From assembly GCF_000009045.1 (NCBI RefSeq), contig NC_000964.3, positions 3,600,001 to 3,632,000 on the forward strand: a stretch of DNA of 32,000 nucleotides, in the 5' to 3' direction. The position numbers and the translations under genes are program-made. Below are positions 18,964 to 31,002 of the stretch, piece by piece (position 1 is the first letter of the stretch; each line of letters begins with the position of its first letter). Source of the stretch: Bacillus subtilis subsp. subtilis str. 168 (GTDB taxonomy: Bacteria > Bacillota > Bacilli > Bacillales > Bacillaceae). The notes under the pieces are model-generated. The model saw only the letters and a program-made list of their open reading frames with translations, was not told the DNA's origin and made no database searches.

Positions 18964-20298
18964 ATGAGCTCAAGAAAAGAATGGGCGCTGATCGTCTCGC
19001 TATTATTGGGGGCCATTCTGGTTCCCATTAACTCAACGATGATCGCGGTCGCGCTCTCATCTATTTCCCATACGTATAACGAGTCCATCGCAAGCATCAC
19101 TTGGGTGGTTACCGTTTATTTAATCGTGATGGCAGTCACACAGCCGATTGCAGGAAAGCTCGGTGACATGTACGGCAATAAAACAATGTACTTATGGGGA
19201 GTCGGCCTTTTTCTAATCGCATCTCTAGGCTGCGCCCTTTCACCGAGTCTGCTCCTGTTAATTGTCTTTCGGGCATTGCAGGCTGTCGGCGGGGCATTGC
19301 TTACGCCAAACAGCATTGCCATTATCCGGCATGTTGTTTCTGAAAAACGCCTACCGAAAGTGTTTGGATTTTTCGGACTGGGCGCGGGACTTGGTGCAGC
19401 ACTCGGGCCTTTTATCGGCTCTATACTGATTGACAGCTTCAGCTGGCATTCGATTTTTTGGGTCAACATCCCGTTCCTCGCCATTGCTTTATTTACGGCA
19501 TTAACGATGTTTCCTCAATATAAAGAAAATAAATCTGACGCGCCGCTGGATATCATCGGCTCTCTCTTGCTTGCAGGCAGCATCGTTTCCATTATCCTGC
19601 TGACGAAAAATGAGGCTCCATGGGGATATACTGTATACAGTGTATTGATACTTCTTTTTGTTCCGCTTTTTTTCAGAAGAGAAAAACGTACCCAGCACCC
19701 CATCATTGACTTTGCACTGTTTAAAAGCTCAACCTTTACAAATGCGAATCTATCAGTCTTGTTAAGCAATTTGATGATGTATGCCGTCTTATTGATTATG
19801 CCGTTATTTATGACGAACCAATTTGGGCTTAATACATCTAACAGCGGGATGGCGCTTTCTGTATTTTCGATCTTCATGTCAGCCAGCAACTGGGTGGGCG
19901 CGCAGCTCCATCACAAATGGGGAGCCAAAAAAATCATTTTTCTTTCATTTGCCATGATGGCTGGTGCGAATCTATTATTTTTGCTGTTAAGCAGCTCGCA
20001 TTCTGTCTTGTTCCTCATGCTCTCTCTTATCCTTGGCGGGCTCGCTTCCGGAGTCGGTCTGACCAGCATGCAGGTTTCATCCCTTGCCACAGTAGACCCC
20101 GGTATGTCAGGAGTGGCATCTGGGATTTTCTCGACCTTCCGTTATTTCGGAAGCATCATTTCATCAGCCTTAATTGGCCTGATTTCGGGATATCACACCC
20201 TATTTATGATTCTCTTTGCTGTATCCATCATCGGCGTTTTTGTTTCATTGGGCATCAAATCTGATGAAACGGCACGGATAGAAAAAAACTCAGCGTAA
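18964..20298 (+). CDS. yvkA: MFS multidrug efflux-like transporter YvkA (DHA2 type)
   Basis: 444 aa; PIAGKLGDMYGNKTMYLWG and later MFS motifs; SD AAAGGAGG. Confidence 0.92.
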   Translation: MSSRKEWALIVSLLLGAILVPINSTMIAVALSSISHTYNESIASITWVVTVYLIVMAVTQPIAGKLGDMYGNKTMYLWGVGLFLIASLGCALSPSLLLLIVFRALQAVGGALLTPNSIAIIRHVVSEKRLPKVFGFFGLGAGLGAALGPFIGSILIDSFSWHSIFWVNIPFLAIALFTALTMFPQYKENKSDAPLDIIGSLLLAGSIVSIILLTKNEAPWGYTVYSVLILLFVPLFFRREKRTQHPIIDFALFKSSTFTNANLSVLLSNLMMYAVLLIMPLFMTNQFGLNTSNSGMALSVFSIFMSASNWVGAQLHHKWGAKKIIFLSFAMMAGANLLFLLLSSSHSVLFLMLSLILGGLASGVGLTSMQVSSLATVDPGMSGVASGIFSTFRYFGSIISSALIGLISGYHTLFMILFAVSIIGVFVSLGIKSDETARIEKNSA

Positions 20299-20306
20299 CA
20301 CAAAAC

Positions 20307-20348
20307 AGCCCGGCATCGCATCATCCTGCGGTGCCGGGCTGCCTTTTA
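20307..20348. terminator. Terminator between convergent yvkA and minJ
   Basis: AGCCCGGCA ... TGCCGGGCT stem followed by gccTTTTAT. Confidence 0.75.
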
Positions 20349-21539
20349 TGATCCCGAAGCGACTGCTTCGTCTTCACGGTCATCCTTTACGAAGAGGATG
20401 CCCAATTCATGATGTTCTCCTTCATAAGAAGCTCGCTGGTCAAAACGAATTTCTCCATTCAAACCGATAATTTCAAGCTTTACATATGCACGGTTATGCT
20501 GAAGCGCTTCATAGAAATCAGAAACGTTCTTAACCGGTATGCCATTGACTTTCGTTATGATTTCCCCGATTTTCAATTCCAGATCCTCAGCCGGCGTATT
20601 GGGGATAATCCCAAGCACCATTAAGCCCTGATCCCTTTTCGAGAAATAAAACGGAGCCGCGTTATCATTCACTCTTTGCTTTATGGACAGAAAAATACGC
20701 CCTAACAAAGCGGTACAGACCGCTGCACCCGCAAGCGGCGTCCACAGTAAGCTCGCTGCACCGAGAACTGCGACGGCAAGACCGAGAATACAAACGCGTT
20801 TCGCTGTGATCCTTATACTCGTTTCAGGCAGCGATCCCTGTACCCTTTGTCCAAATCCGACAAAGTAAGGAATCCATAGAAAATGGAATGAGCCGCCGGG
20901 AACCGTAAACACGGGCCACCAGCTAAGGTGCGATTCTAAACCATTACCGGGCACGAGAAGGAACAGCGGCAAAAGCCAAACCCGGTTTGCCAGCTGCTGT
21001 CCGATCGGCAAACCGCGGCTGCTTACGACAAGTGCCGGTGATGTTCTCACATGCGCAGAACGATAAGCAACCGCTCCTTCAGTGATAATCAGCAAACCTA
21101 GAAACACAGCCACAGCCGGCCAAACAACTGCAAATCCTTGCGGAAATCTCTCCAGAAAGGGCTCCGCCTGATATATTTGCAGTCCAAAACCTATCAGCAT
21201 ACTCACACTGACGATATATGCAGCAGACATCCAGTTTGCGCGAAGAGTGAACGCTGCCGCTGCAGTGATAACGGCAATAATCGCAAGTAAACCGAGAGGA
21301 ATCGATATTCCGAGTCCACCTAAAATAACTGACAAAAGAAGACCTGGAATCAGTCCCTTTGTATATGTAAATTTCAGATCATCATAAATATCTGCTATTC
21401 TTGTATGAAAGGTTTTTCGTTCCCGTTTGATTCTTACATAGCCGAAAGCCAAGGTTATGATGATAAAAAACCAGAAAAGCGGGTGTAAGAAGAACAAGCC
21501 CGCGCTTTTTAACAGTTCAATTCCCCATTGAACAGACAC
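20346..21539 (-). CDS. minJ: MinJ, PDZ-containing topological determinant of division
   Basis: 397 aa membrane protein with C-terminal PDZ (LELKIGEIITKVNGIPVKNVSDFYEAL), beside swrA. Confidence 0.93.
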   Translation of the reverse strand: MSVQWGIELLKSAGLFFLHPLFWFFIIITLAFGYVRIKRERKTFHTRIADIYDDLKFTYTKGLIPGLLLSVILGGLGISIPLGLLAIIAVITAAAAFTLRANWMSAAYIVSVSMLIGFGLQIYQAEPFLERFPQGFAVVWPAVAVFLGLLIITEGAVAYRSAHVRTSPALVVSSRGLPIGQQLANRVWLLPLFLLVPGNGLESHLSWWPVFTVPGGSFHFLWIPYFVGFGQRVQGSLPETSIRITAKRVCILGLAVAVLGAASLLWTPLAGAAVCTALLGRIFLSIKQRVNDNAAPFYFSKRDQGLMVLGIIPNTPAEDLELKIGEIITKVNGIPVKNVSDFYEALQHNRAYVKLEIIGLNGEIRFDQRASYEGEHHELGILFVKDDREDEAVASGS

Positions 21540-21617
21540 TATCTCTCACCGCCTCAAGCCAAACATGTTACTCATATTCTATCAAATATTAAATGGCTTG
21601 GATATCCTCAGGAGAGT

Positions 21618-21972
21618 TTATCTCTCTTGCGTCATCCACAGCGTGACATTCGATAGTGAAAAATCCTTTAAATAGTGGTTTACATCCACATCCAATAACC
21701 CGCTGATTAGATGCATCGACCTTTTTATATCTGTCAGATTAATTCCTAATCGCTTATGGTTTTTCATTAAGTAGTTAAAATAATGTTTGGCGCATTCCTC
21801 ATTAATGTCATTTACTGATTCGACATTGGTGTAATTGACCAAATATCTGCTGAACAGCATAAGAAGACTTAGTGCTTTTGTAGCTGAAAATGTTACGTCT
21901 TGTGTTCTGTCTTTTAATTGTTCCACTAATTCATAATATTTTTTTTTCACGCACAATACTTGCCCTCTTCAA
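21618..21972 (-). pseudogene. swrA: swrA (swarming motility protein), frameshifted by a 9-nt A:T homopolymer
   Basis: Native TTG start at 21972 (SD GGGGG) reads LKRASIVREKKIL*. The remaining frame (KKKYYELVEQLKDRTQDVTFSATK...) is open from 21956. The T run is 21939-21947 (9 nt); 8 nt would give MKRASIVREKKYYELVEQ..., the 117 aa protein. Confidence 0.95.
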
Positions 21973-22355
21973 TTGTGAACCCCCATTTTCTTTATACAGA
22001 TAAGCACGGGCCAGTATAAGCAGCAGTACTGGAGTGCTAACAAGCATTCTCGCTAACGTTACTCTTTAAATACCTGTCGTTCAGCTGCCATTAACCTGAT
22101 TACTGTTCTTTTTAGAACCTTCTTATATTGTATGAAGTAAACAAAGACTAGGCAACTTGCAAAAGTTTCATTTTAAATGCATATTAACTCGTTAGAAAGT
22201 CTCTCTCATATATTGATATCGGGTAATAACAGTCCTTTATAAATGTTTATTTGTGAAAATTTTTTTAATTTCTTGTCAAAAACTCATTTTTTATGTGACT
22301 TATGATCCATAATCTCTTTAAGCACAAAGAAACAGGAGATGAAATACCATCTCCT

Positions 22356-23798
22356 TTAATTGACAAATAATGATTTCAATGCTGTTTGAAGCTGCAAATC
22401 ATTTTTTTCATCTGATTTTTTCTTTTCTATCTGCTGATTTAATGTCTCTGCAGTGCGAGTGTCGATCACACCGGTTTTATTCAGCTTGTTTTGATCCTGA
22501 AAAGCCATAACCGCTTTTTTCATGTCTTTGCTGAAATAGCCATCCTCACGTCCCGGATCAAAGCTGAGACCTTTTAACAATACCTGCGCATGCTTGACGT
22601 CTTCATTGTTCATGTCCACTTTAAGCGGCTCTTTCAGCTGTAAGGGCCCGGCGGAAAAATAATCGGGCTGCTTAATCGCAATGGTCGGTTCAATTCCTTT
22701 CTTATGAATCCAGTTTCCATTTGGCGTCAGCCACTTGTAAAGCGTTAATTTGATGTTGCTGCCGTCCCCCATTGGCACAGCCTGTTGAACCGTTCCCTTT
22801 CCAAAAGACGTATCGCCTACAACATCATAATGGCCAGCTTCCTTTAATGCGCCGGCAAGAATTTCTGATGCAGAGGCACTTCCTTTATCCGTAATCACAT
22901 TGACAGGGTACGCTTTTTTATGGGTCAATGTTGAAAAATAACGTTTTTTATCTCCATTGCGTTCAGCAATCTGAATATACGGCTGATCCTTTGTAACGAA
23001 ATGCTTAAGAATTTCTTCCACACTTTGAAGATATCCACCCGGGTTGCCGCGTACATCAATGACAAGTCCTTCTATTTCTTTTTTCTCAAGCTCCCTCAGC
23101 GCTTTTGCAAAATCCTCTGCGGTGTGCTCAGAAAAAGTAGAGATGGCAATATATCCGACAGAATGCCCCTGTACTTTTTTCTCTGATGCAAAAACCGTTT
23201 CGAGCGGAATCTCAGCTCTCTTGATCCGGAATGACAACTGCTTCTTCGTTCCAGGCCGCTGAATCTTCATTGAAACGCTGGACCCTTTTTTTCCTCTTAT
23301 TTTTAACACAGCGTGGTTTAAATCCTTGCCGGCCATCGATTCTCCATTGATGCTGATAATTTCATCATTAGGCTTCAACCCGGCTTTTTCCGCTGGCGAT
23401 TTCTTGAATGGAGAAACAATAATAATTTTGCCGTCTTCCATTCCAACCTCAGCCCCGATGCCTTCAAATGAGGAATCAAGAGAATCAGAAAATTGCTTAG
23501 CTGTCTGCTTGTCCATGTAAACAGAATAAGGATCATTTAGCGTAGACAGCATTCCCTGGATGGCTCCCTCGAGCAGCTTTTCTCTATCTACTTTTTCTAC
23601 GTACTCATTCGAAATTAACTCATACGCTTTTTCGATTTTGTCCATAGCTTTATCCCGTTCAGAGTCAGCTTGTGCCGTCGCGGGAACTGCTGCAGTCTGG
23701 GGCTTATCCATCTCAAGCAGGTTGATTCCCGCATATACACCGGCGCCTCCGAACAGCATGCTCCCTGCTGCTATCACAGCCATTATTTTTTGATTCAT
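22356..23798 (-). CDS. ctpB: CtpB, PDZ-containing serine protease of the SpoIVFB activation pathway
   Basis: 480 aa; PDZ (GLKPNDEIISINGESMAGKDLNHAV), catalytic DKGSASASEILAGALKEAG and TSFGKGTVQ motifs. Confidence 0.96.
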   Translation of the reverse strand: MNQKIMAVIAAGSMLFGGAGVYAGINLLEMDKPQTAAVPATAQADSERDKAMDKIEKAYELISNEYVEKVDREKLLEGAIQGMLSTLNDPYSVYMDKQTAKQFSDSLDSSFEGIGAEVGMEDGKIIIVSPFKKSPAEKAGLKPNDEIISINGESMAGKDLNHAVLKIRGKKGSSVSMKIQRPGTKKQLSFRIKRAEIPLETVFASEKKVQGHSVGYIAISTFSEHTAEDFAKALRELEKKEIEGLVIDVRGNPGGYLQSVEEILKHFVTKDQPYIQIAERNGDKKRYFSTLTHKKAYPVNVITDKGSASASEILAGALKEAGHYDVVGDTSFGKGTVQQAVPMGDGSNIKLTLYKWLTPNGNWIHKKGIEPTIAIKQPDYFSAGPLQLKEPLKVDMNNEDVKHAQVLLKGLSFDPGREDGYFSKDMKKAVMAFQDQNKLNKTGVIDTRTAETLNQQIEKKKSDEKNDLQLQTALKSLFVN

Positions 23799-23902
23799 CC
23801 TTTACTCCTCCTGTATGCCAGACTGTCTTTACCAAAACCTAGAGATAGTATATGTAAAGGATGGAGATTTCATGTAATCATAGAAGAAAAAGAAGGCAAA
23901 TG

Positions 23903-23934
23903 AAAAGCCGTCCCGAAAACGGAACGGCTTTTTC
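23903..23934 (-). terminator. ftsEX terminator
   Basis: Hairpin AAAAGCCGTcCCG-aaaa-CGGaACGGCTTTTT just beyond the ftsX stop. Confidence 0.8.
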
Positions 23935-23937
23935 ACT

Positions 23938-24828
23938 TTATACTCGCAGAAACTTGCGGATGGAAGTCAGACTTCCCCATACTCCAATTACTGCGCCGAT
24001 TGCAATCAGCACTAGCGAAACTTGGAATACAAATGGATTATAAGGAAGAAGAGAGACAAATGATCCTTGAACCTTTGGAACGACCCATCCGATGACGTAT
24101 TGGTAAGTGCTCAGCACCAGTGCAATCGGAATCACAGAACCGAATACGCCTAGCAGCAATCCTTCAAGGAAAAACGGCCAGCGGATAAACCAGTTTGTCG
24201 CGCCGACAAGCTTCATGATTTCAATTTCTTTTCTTCTTGCGAAAATTGTAATTTTAATGGTGTTGGAAATTAAGAACATCGCCGTAAATACCAGGCCGAT
24301 AATTAACGCGATTCCGATGTTGCGGGAAACGCCGACCACTTTAAACAAACGGCTGACCTCTTCTTTTCCATAAGTGACTTTATAAACATGATCCATTTTT
24401 TCGATCTTTTTCGCCACGTTCGGCGTATCATGCGGATCTGTCGTTTTGACGACAAACGCATCATTAAGCGGGTTTTCCTGATCCTTCATTGTCAGGGATT
24501 TTCCGCTGTCACCAAAACTGTCAACCAGCTGGTCAAGCTCTTTTTCTTTAGATGAAAAAGTGACACTCTGAATGCCCTTCAGTTCCTTAATATCGTTCTG
24601 AAGCTTGTCCTGTGCCTTCTGATCTGCAGTCAGATCAATCAGCACTTTGATTTCGACTTGTTTTTCTGCATTCGTGGCCATGTTATTCAAATTCAGCATA
24701 ATCACTAAAAACACGCCGACTAAAATCAGCGTAACGGTTACAGCACTAATGGATGCAAATGTCATCCATGTGTTTCTCCCGAGAGATTTAAAACTCTCAC
24801 GCAAGTGGCGCCCGAGAATTTTAATCAT
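23938..24828 (-). CDS. ftsX: FtsX cell-division ABC transporter permease
   Basis: 296 aa from MIKILGRHLRESFKSLGRNTW (ATG 24828); overlaps the ftsE 3' end. The track start 24891 lies inside ftsE. Confidence 0.96.
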   Translation of the reverse strand: MIKILGRHLRESFKSLGRNTWMTFASISAVTVTLILVGVFLVIMLNLNNMATNAEKQVEIKVLIDLTADQKAQDKLQNDIKELKGIQSVTFSSKEKELDQLVDSFGDSGKSLTMKDQENPLNDAFVVKTTDPHDTPNVAKKIEKMDHVYKVTYGKEEVSRLFKVVGVSRNIGIALIIGLVFTAMFLISNTIKITIFARRKEIEIMKLVGATNWFIRWPFFLEGLLLGVFGSVIPIALVLSTYQYVIGWVVPKVQGSFVSLLPYNPFVFQVSLVLIAIGAVIGVWGSLTSIRKFLRV

Positions 24829-25507
24829 ATGAACCATACTCCCCTCTTGACTCATCACGCACAATGATACCATCTTCGATTGCAATGACACGTTTCTTCA
24901 TGGTGTTTACGATTTCTTTATTATGTGTCGCCATCACGACTGTTGTCCCGCGGTTGTTAATTTCCTCCAGCGTCTTCATGACTTCCCAGGACGTATCCGG
25001 ATCAAGGTTTCCTGTCGGTTCATCAGCAATGACAACATCAGGGTTGTTCACAATTGATCTGGCAATAGATACACGCTGCTGCTCCCCGCCTGAAAGCTGG
25101 TCAGGAAATTGTCGCGCTTTATGCTTCAGCTGCACGAGATCAAGCACTTCAAGCACCCGTTTCTTAATGACAGACGGCTGTTCTCCAATCACTTCAAGGG
25201 CAAATGCCACATTTTCAAAAACAGTAAGTTTCGGAAGAAGCTTGAAATCCTGAAAGACAACACCTATTTTGCGGCGCACGAAAGGAATCTCTTTTTCTTT
25301 AATTGTCGCGAGATCTTTATGATTGATTAAAATTTGTCCTTTTGTCGGTTTTTCTTCTCTGTAAATCATTTTAATAAAAGTAGATTTACCTGCTCCGCTC
25401 GGACCAACAACATACACAAACTCGCCGGGATGAATGGTAACAGAAATCCCATTGAGTGCTTTTACGCCGTTCGGATAGGCTTTATATACTTCCTTCATCT
25501 CTATCAT
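24821..25507 (-). CDS. ftsE: FtsE ATP-binding protein
   Basis: 228 aa; Walker A VGPSGAGKST, signature LSGGEQQRVSIARS. Confidence 0.98.
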   Translation of the reverse strand: MIEMKEVYKAYPNGVKALNGISVTIHPGEFVYVVGPSGAGKSTFIKMIYREEKPTKGQILINHKDLATIKEKEIPFVRRKIGVVFQDFKLLPKLTVFENVAFALEVIGEQPSVIKKRVLEVLDLVQLKHKARQFPDQLSGGEQQRVSIARSIVNNPDVVIADEPTGNLDPDTSWEVMKTLEEINNRGTTVVMATHNKEIVNTMKKRVIAIEDGIIVRDESRGEYGSYD

Positions 25508-25700
25508 GAAATCACCTAATCTTTTATATCATTTTATCTATCACACGGTCATACTCTTCGAATGCATTCGACAATTTATGACCCATTCATTTGTAAAAAG
25601 ATGAAAAATCTGAAAGTTCCCTTTTTCAATACACTTCATTATACGTCAAATTTAGACATAATACTATTACAGTTTCTTTTCATTCATATTGTCAAGGCAT

Positions 25701-25737
25701 AAAAACATCCTTGCCAGCACTCGGCAAGGATGTTTTT
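25701..25737 (-). terminator. cccB terminator
   Basis: Perfect 15-bp arms AAAAACATCCTTGCC-agcactc-GGCAAGGATGTTTTT. Confidence 0.88.
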
Positions 25738-25740
25738 ATC

Positions 25741-26079
25741 TTACTTTTTTTCTGACAGCCATTTGGCAATAACAGCGGCTTCGTTATCATCTACAAGCCC
25801 CTTTGGCATATTGCCGCGGCCGTTTTTAATAATGCTTTCAATTTTGTGTTCATCGTATTTGCCTCCGACCTCTTGGAGATTAGGCCCTGACACACCTTCT
25901 AAATCCTTGCCGTGGCAGCCTACGCAGCTTTGCTGATATAATTCTTCCCCTTCAGATGCAGTGGCTTCCGTCTTGCTGCCAGTGTCTGTCTTCTCTTCTT
26001 TTGCATCGTTTGATCCGCAGGCAGCCAACAGAACAGAAAGCGCAAATCCAATCATTAGTATCGATAACTTTGATTTCAT
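25741..26079 (-). CDS. cccB: Cytochrome c551 CccB, membrane lipoprotein
   Basis: Lipobox LLAAC, heme motif CVGCH; 112 aa from MKSKLSILMIG (26079). Confidence 0.95.
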   Translation of the reverse strand: MKSKLSILMIGFALSVLLAACGSNDAKEEKTDTGSKTEATASEGEELYQQSCVGCHGKDLEGVSGPNLQEVGGKYDEHKIESIIKNGRGNMPKGLVDDNEAAVIAKWLSEKK

Positions 26080-26127
26080 GTTGAGAAGCACAACTCCTTT
26101 ACGATCTCTTCCATATTATAACCTCGT

Positions 26128-26973
26128 TTAAGCGCGTTTGAAACCCTCGCCCAGCACCTCGCTCGCGTCTGCTACAATTACAAAAGCTGACTCATCAATC
26201 TGTTTGACGATTTGTTTCAATTTGGTGAATTCAGTTTGCCCAACCACGCACATTAAAATCGGACGGTCATCGTCAGTATATCCGCCGACTGCAGAAATTT
26301 TTGTCACGCCTCTGTCAATCTTCTGTAAGACAGCCTCCTTGACAGCCTGCTCCTGCTTTGTAATGATGAGCGCCATTTTTGAACGATTAAAGCCGACTTG
26401 CACAACATCAATGGTTTTGCTGGACACATAGACGCCAAGCATGGCATATAAGCCTTGCTCAATATTAAATACAATCATAGCCGTAACAACGATCATTCCG
26501 TCAATGATGGCGAGACACTTCCCCAATGACAGACCGGAGTACTTATGAATGATCTGTGCAGCCAAGGCTGTACCTCCCGTCGAACCTTTCCCTAAGTACA
26601 CAATACCAATTCCGATACCTATCCCGACACCGCCAAAAATCGCCGCCAGGAGTTCATGATGAGTGGCGGGCTGAATATCCCTTGTCAGAAACACTACTAG
26701 CGGCAAAAACACAGAACCTGCAAGCGTCTTTAGTCCAAATTTCCCGCCGAGCAAAATGACGCCAGCAATAAATAAAGGGATATTAATAATCCACTGTACA
26801 TACGCTGCTTCAAAACCATATGATTGTAAAATCGTACTGATCCCGCTGACCCCGCCGGCGGCAATCTTATTCGGAAGCAAAAATACATTAAAGGACACGG
26901 CCGTAATCGCTGCTCCTATCAATATGTATACATAATCCCGCAAAATCCACAATGTTTTATTCCGTACGTCCAT
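26128..26973 (-). CDS. yvjA: YvjA, YitT/DUF2179-family membrane protein
   Basis: YitT-type membrane region plus C-terminal DUF2179-like domain. GGAGG SD precedes ATG ATG at 26976/26973; the track start 27111 is an upstream extension. Confidence 0.88.
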   Translation of the reverse strand: MDVRNKTLWILRDYVYILIGAAITAVSFNVFLLPNKIAAGGVSGISTILQSYGFEAAYVQWIINIPLFIAGVILLGGKFGLKTLAGSVFLPLVVFLTRDIQPATHHELLAAIFGGVGIGIGIGIVYLGKGSTGGTALAAQIIHKYSGLSLGKCLAIIDGMIVVTAMIVFNIEQGLYAMLGVYVSSKTIDVVQVGFNRSKMALIITKQEQAVKEAVLQKIDRGVTKISAVGGYTDDDRPILMCVVGQTEFTKLKQIVKQIDESAFVIVADASEVLGEGFKRA

Positions 26974-27138
26974 CATATATCCTCCGTTTCTTCCAATGCT
27001 CTCCGATAGCATTTTAATCCTTCCCTGATTAGATGTAAATAACACCCAAATACAGTGGTAATATGCTAAAGCAGCAGTGAAATCAAGGATATAAGAAATA
27101 AAAAAACACACCCGTATGCATCAGGTGTGTTTTTCAGC

Positions 27139-28309
<1,171 letters not shown>

Positions 28310-30835
28310 CTATTCAGTACGGCCGCAGCAATTTTTATATTTTTTCCCGCTTCCGCAGTGGCATGGGGCATTTCGTCCGATATCAACCACTTTGCGAACC
28401 GGTGCTTTCTTTGCTTTTTTGTTATCGTCGCCTTCTTGCGGCTGATGAGCTGTTGTTTGACCTTGTACAACCTCTTCACGCTCCAGATTGTTTTCAATCT
28501 CAGCTTTCATCACAAATTTTGCGACTTCGTCCTCAATTGATTCAATCATATGCTCAAACATCGCAAAACCTTCCATTTGATACTCACGAAGCGGGTTCGT
28601 CTGCGCGTAAGCACGAAGGTGAATCCCTTGGCGGAGCTGATCCATCGCATCAATATGATCCATCCATTTAGAATCAACGGCACGAAGAACGATAACTTTT
28701 TCGAATTCGCGCATTTGCTCTTTGCCGAATTGCTCTTCCTTCTCATTATATTTTGTGATGATGCGATCCATAATGAGCTCAAGCATTTCATCCGGTTCTT
28801 TGCCGAAGATATCGCTCTTCTCAAGTGCACCTTCATCAAGATAAGTTGTGTTGATAAGATCAACTAGACCGTCAAGCTTCCACTCCTCAGGAAGCTCTTC
28901 TCTTGGCGTATAGGCTGCAATTGCGCGTTCGAGAGAAGACTTGATCATATTTTCAACGATTTCACGCAGGTTTTCAGAGTCAATGACTTCAAAGCGCTGC
29001 TTATAAATGACCTCACGCTGCTGGCGGAGAACATCATCATATTGCAGAAGCTGTTTACGCGAATCGAAGTTATTGCCTTCGACGCGTTTTTGAGACGATT
29101 CAACCGCGCGAGATACCATTTTGCTTTGGATTGGAGTAGAGTCGTCCATGCCGAAGCGGTCAAGCATCGCCATTGTCCGCTCAGCTCCGAATCTGCGCAT
29201 CAATTCATCTTCCATAGAAAGATAAAATTGAGTAATCCCCGGGTCTCCCTGACGTCCGGAACGACCTCGAAGCTGATTGTCAATCCGGCGTGATTCATGT
29301 CGTTCTGTTCCGACTACAGCGAGCCCGCCAAGCTCTTTTACACCTTCGCCAAGCTTAATGTCCGTTCCGCGCCCCGCCATGTTAGTCGCAATCGTAACTG
29401 CGCCTTTTTGGCCGGCCTCTTCAATGATCTGCGCTTCACGTTCATGGTTTTTGGCATTTAACACTTGATGCGGAATTCCTTTGTTTTTAAGCAGCTTAGA
29501 AATCAATTCAGATGTTTCAACGGCAACCGTACCGACTAGAACAGGCTGTCCCGTCATGTAACGCTGTGCGACATCCTCCGCAACTGCCTTAAACTTTCCT
29601 TCCATCGTGCGGTAAATTAAATCCGGGCGGTCATCACGGACAACAGGCCTGTTGGTAGGGATCGTGACAACCTGCATGTTGTAGATGTTGCGGAATTCTT
29701 CTTCCTCTGTCTTAGCTGTACCCGTCATACCGGCAAGTTTTTCGTACATTCGGAAGTAGTTTTGGAACGTAATCGTCGCCAAGGTCATGCTTTCGTTTTG
29801 AATCTCAAGCCCTTCCTTTGCTTCAATCGCTTGGTGAAGCCCCTCACTGTAGCGGCGGCCTTTCATCAGACGTCCCGTGAAGGAATCAACAATAACAACC
29901 TGTCCGTCTTCCACTACATAGTCAACGTCCTTTTGCATCGCAACGTGAGCTTTTAAGGCCTGGTTGATATGGTGGTTGAGCGCGACATGCTTCACATCAA
30001 AGAGGTTATCGATGCCGAATGCTTTTTCCGCCTTCGTCATTCCTTCTTCAGTAAGCTGTACAGCTTTTGTTTTGATATCGTACGTGTAATCCTTCTCCGC
30101 TTTTAACGTGCGGACAAAAGCATTTGCCTGTACGTACAGCTTAGTGGATTTTGCAGCTTGTCCAGAAATGATAAGCGGTGTTCTTGCTTCATCAATTAAA
30201 ATAGAGTCAACTTCATCTATTACCGCAAAATGAAGCGGGCGCTGAACCATCTGCTCTTTATAAAGAACCATATTGTCACGCAAATAGTCGAAGCCAAGCT
30301 CGTTGTTTGTGGAGTAAGTAATATCAGCGGCATAAGCTTCCCGTTTTTCGTCTTTTGACATTGAGTTTAAATTCAAACCGACAGTCAAACCGAGAAACTC
30401 GAAAATTTTCCCCATTTGCTCAGCGTCACGGCTTGCCAAGTATTCGTTGACAGTCACGACGTGTACGCCTTTACCGGTTAACGCATTTAAATAAACAGGC
30501 AGGGTAGACGTTAATGTTTTCCCTTCCCCTGTTTTCATTTCCGCTATATTTCCGTCATGAAGCGCCACGCCCCCCATGAGCTGGACTTTAAACGGAAACA
30601 TGCCTGTTACGCGGCGTGAAGCTTCTCGAACAACAGCGAAAGCTTCAACAAGAAGATCATCCGTTGTCGCCCCTTTTTCAAGACGCTCTTTAAATTCAAT
30701 TGTTTTATGTTTCAATGCGTCGTCAGAGAGATTTTCATAGTCTCCGCGAATCGCATCAATATCGTTAGCAATTTTTTCGTATCTATTCAGCGTACGTTTT
30801 GTTGGATCAAACATTTTATTTAAAATTCCAAGCAT
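28310..30835 (-). CDS. secA: Preprotein translocase ATPase SecA
   Basis: 841 aa; [24 protein letters not shown]-type Walker region (here [12 protein letters not shown]...), C-terminal zinc motif [14 protein letters not shown]. Confidence 0.99.
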   Translation of the reverse strand: MLGILNKMFDPTKRTLNRYEKIANDIDAIRGDYENLSDDALKHKTIEFKERLEKGATTDDLLVEAFAVVREASRRVTGMFPFKVQLMGGVALHDGNIAEMKTGEGKTLTSTLPVYLNALTGKGVHVVTVNEYLASRDAEQMGKIFEFLGLTVGLNLNSMSKDEKREAYAADITYSTNNELGFDYLRDNMVLYKEQMVQRPLHFAVIDEVDSILIDEARTPLIISGQAAKSTKLYVQANAFVRTLKAEKDYTYDIKTKAVQLTEEGMTKAEKAFGIDNLFDVKHVALNHHINQALKAHVAMQKDVDYVVEDGQVVIVDSFTGRLMKGRRYSEGLHQAIEAKEGLEIQNESMTLATITFQNYFRMYEKLAGMTGTAKTEEEEFRNIYNMQVVTIPTNRPVVRDDRPDLIYRTMEGKFKAVAEDVAQRYMTGQPVLVGTVAVETSELISKLLKNKGIPHQVLNAKNHEREAQIIEEAGQKGAVTIATNMAGRGTDIKLGEGVKELGGLAVVGTERHESRRIDNQLRGRSGRQGDPGITQFYLSMEDELMRRFGAERTMAMLDRFGMDDSTPIQSKMVSRAVESSQKRVEGNNFDSRKQLLQYDDVLRQQREVIYKQRFEVIDSENLREIVENMIKSSLERAIAAYTPREELPEEWKLDGLVDLINTTYLDEGALEKSDIFGKEPDEMLELIMDRIITKYNEKEEQFGKEQMREFEKVIVLRAVDSKWMDHIDAMDQLRQGIHLRAYAQTNPLREYQMEGFAMFEHMIESIEDEVAKFVMKAEIENNLEREEVVQGQTTAHQPQEGDDNKKAKKAPVRKVVDIGRNAPCHCGSGKKYKNCCGRTE

Positions 30836-30964
30836 TTATAACGCTCCTCTATCATCACACGCCTATTTTAGAGGCATGTATAAATAATTTACTAGTCCAT
30901 GTATACCTCTCATTATCATATCATACCTTTTGTTATTTCCAAAGAATTTGCAAATAAGAAAAAC

Positions 30965-30994
30965 AAAAACCTTCCGCGGACATCACGGAAGGCT
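30965..30994 (-). terminator. hpf/yvyD terminator
   Basis: Minus strand: CCTTCCG-tgatgtccg-CGGAAGG-TTTTTGTTTTT. Confidence 0.8.
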
Positions 30995-31002
30995 TCTCTT
31001 CA

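Noticed and set aside
21618-21956. SwrA as an intact 112 aa protein starting MCVKKKYYEL
   Set aside because: The TTG at 21956 lacks a well-placed SD; the native start at 21972 is in the other frame, so this is better read as a frameshifted allele. Residual translation from the internal start is not excluded.
23938-24891. FtsX as a 317 aa protein starting at 24891
   Set aside because: The extra 21 residues come from within ftsE; MIKILGRHLRESFKSLGRN at 24828 is the conserved start.
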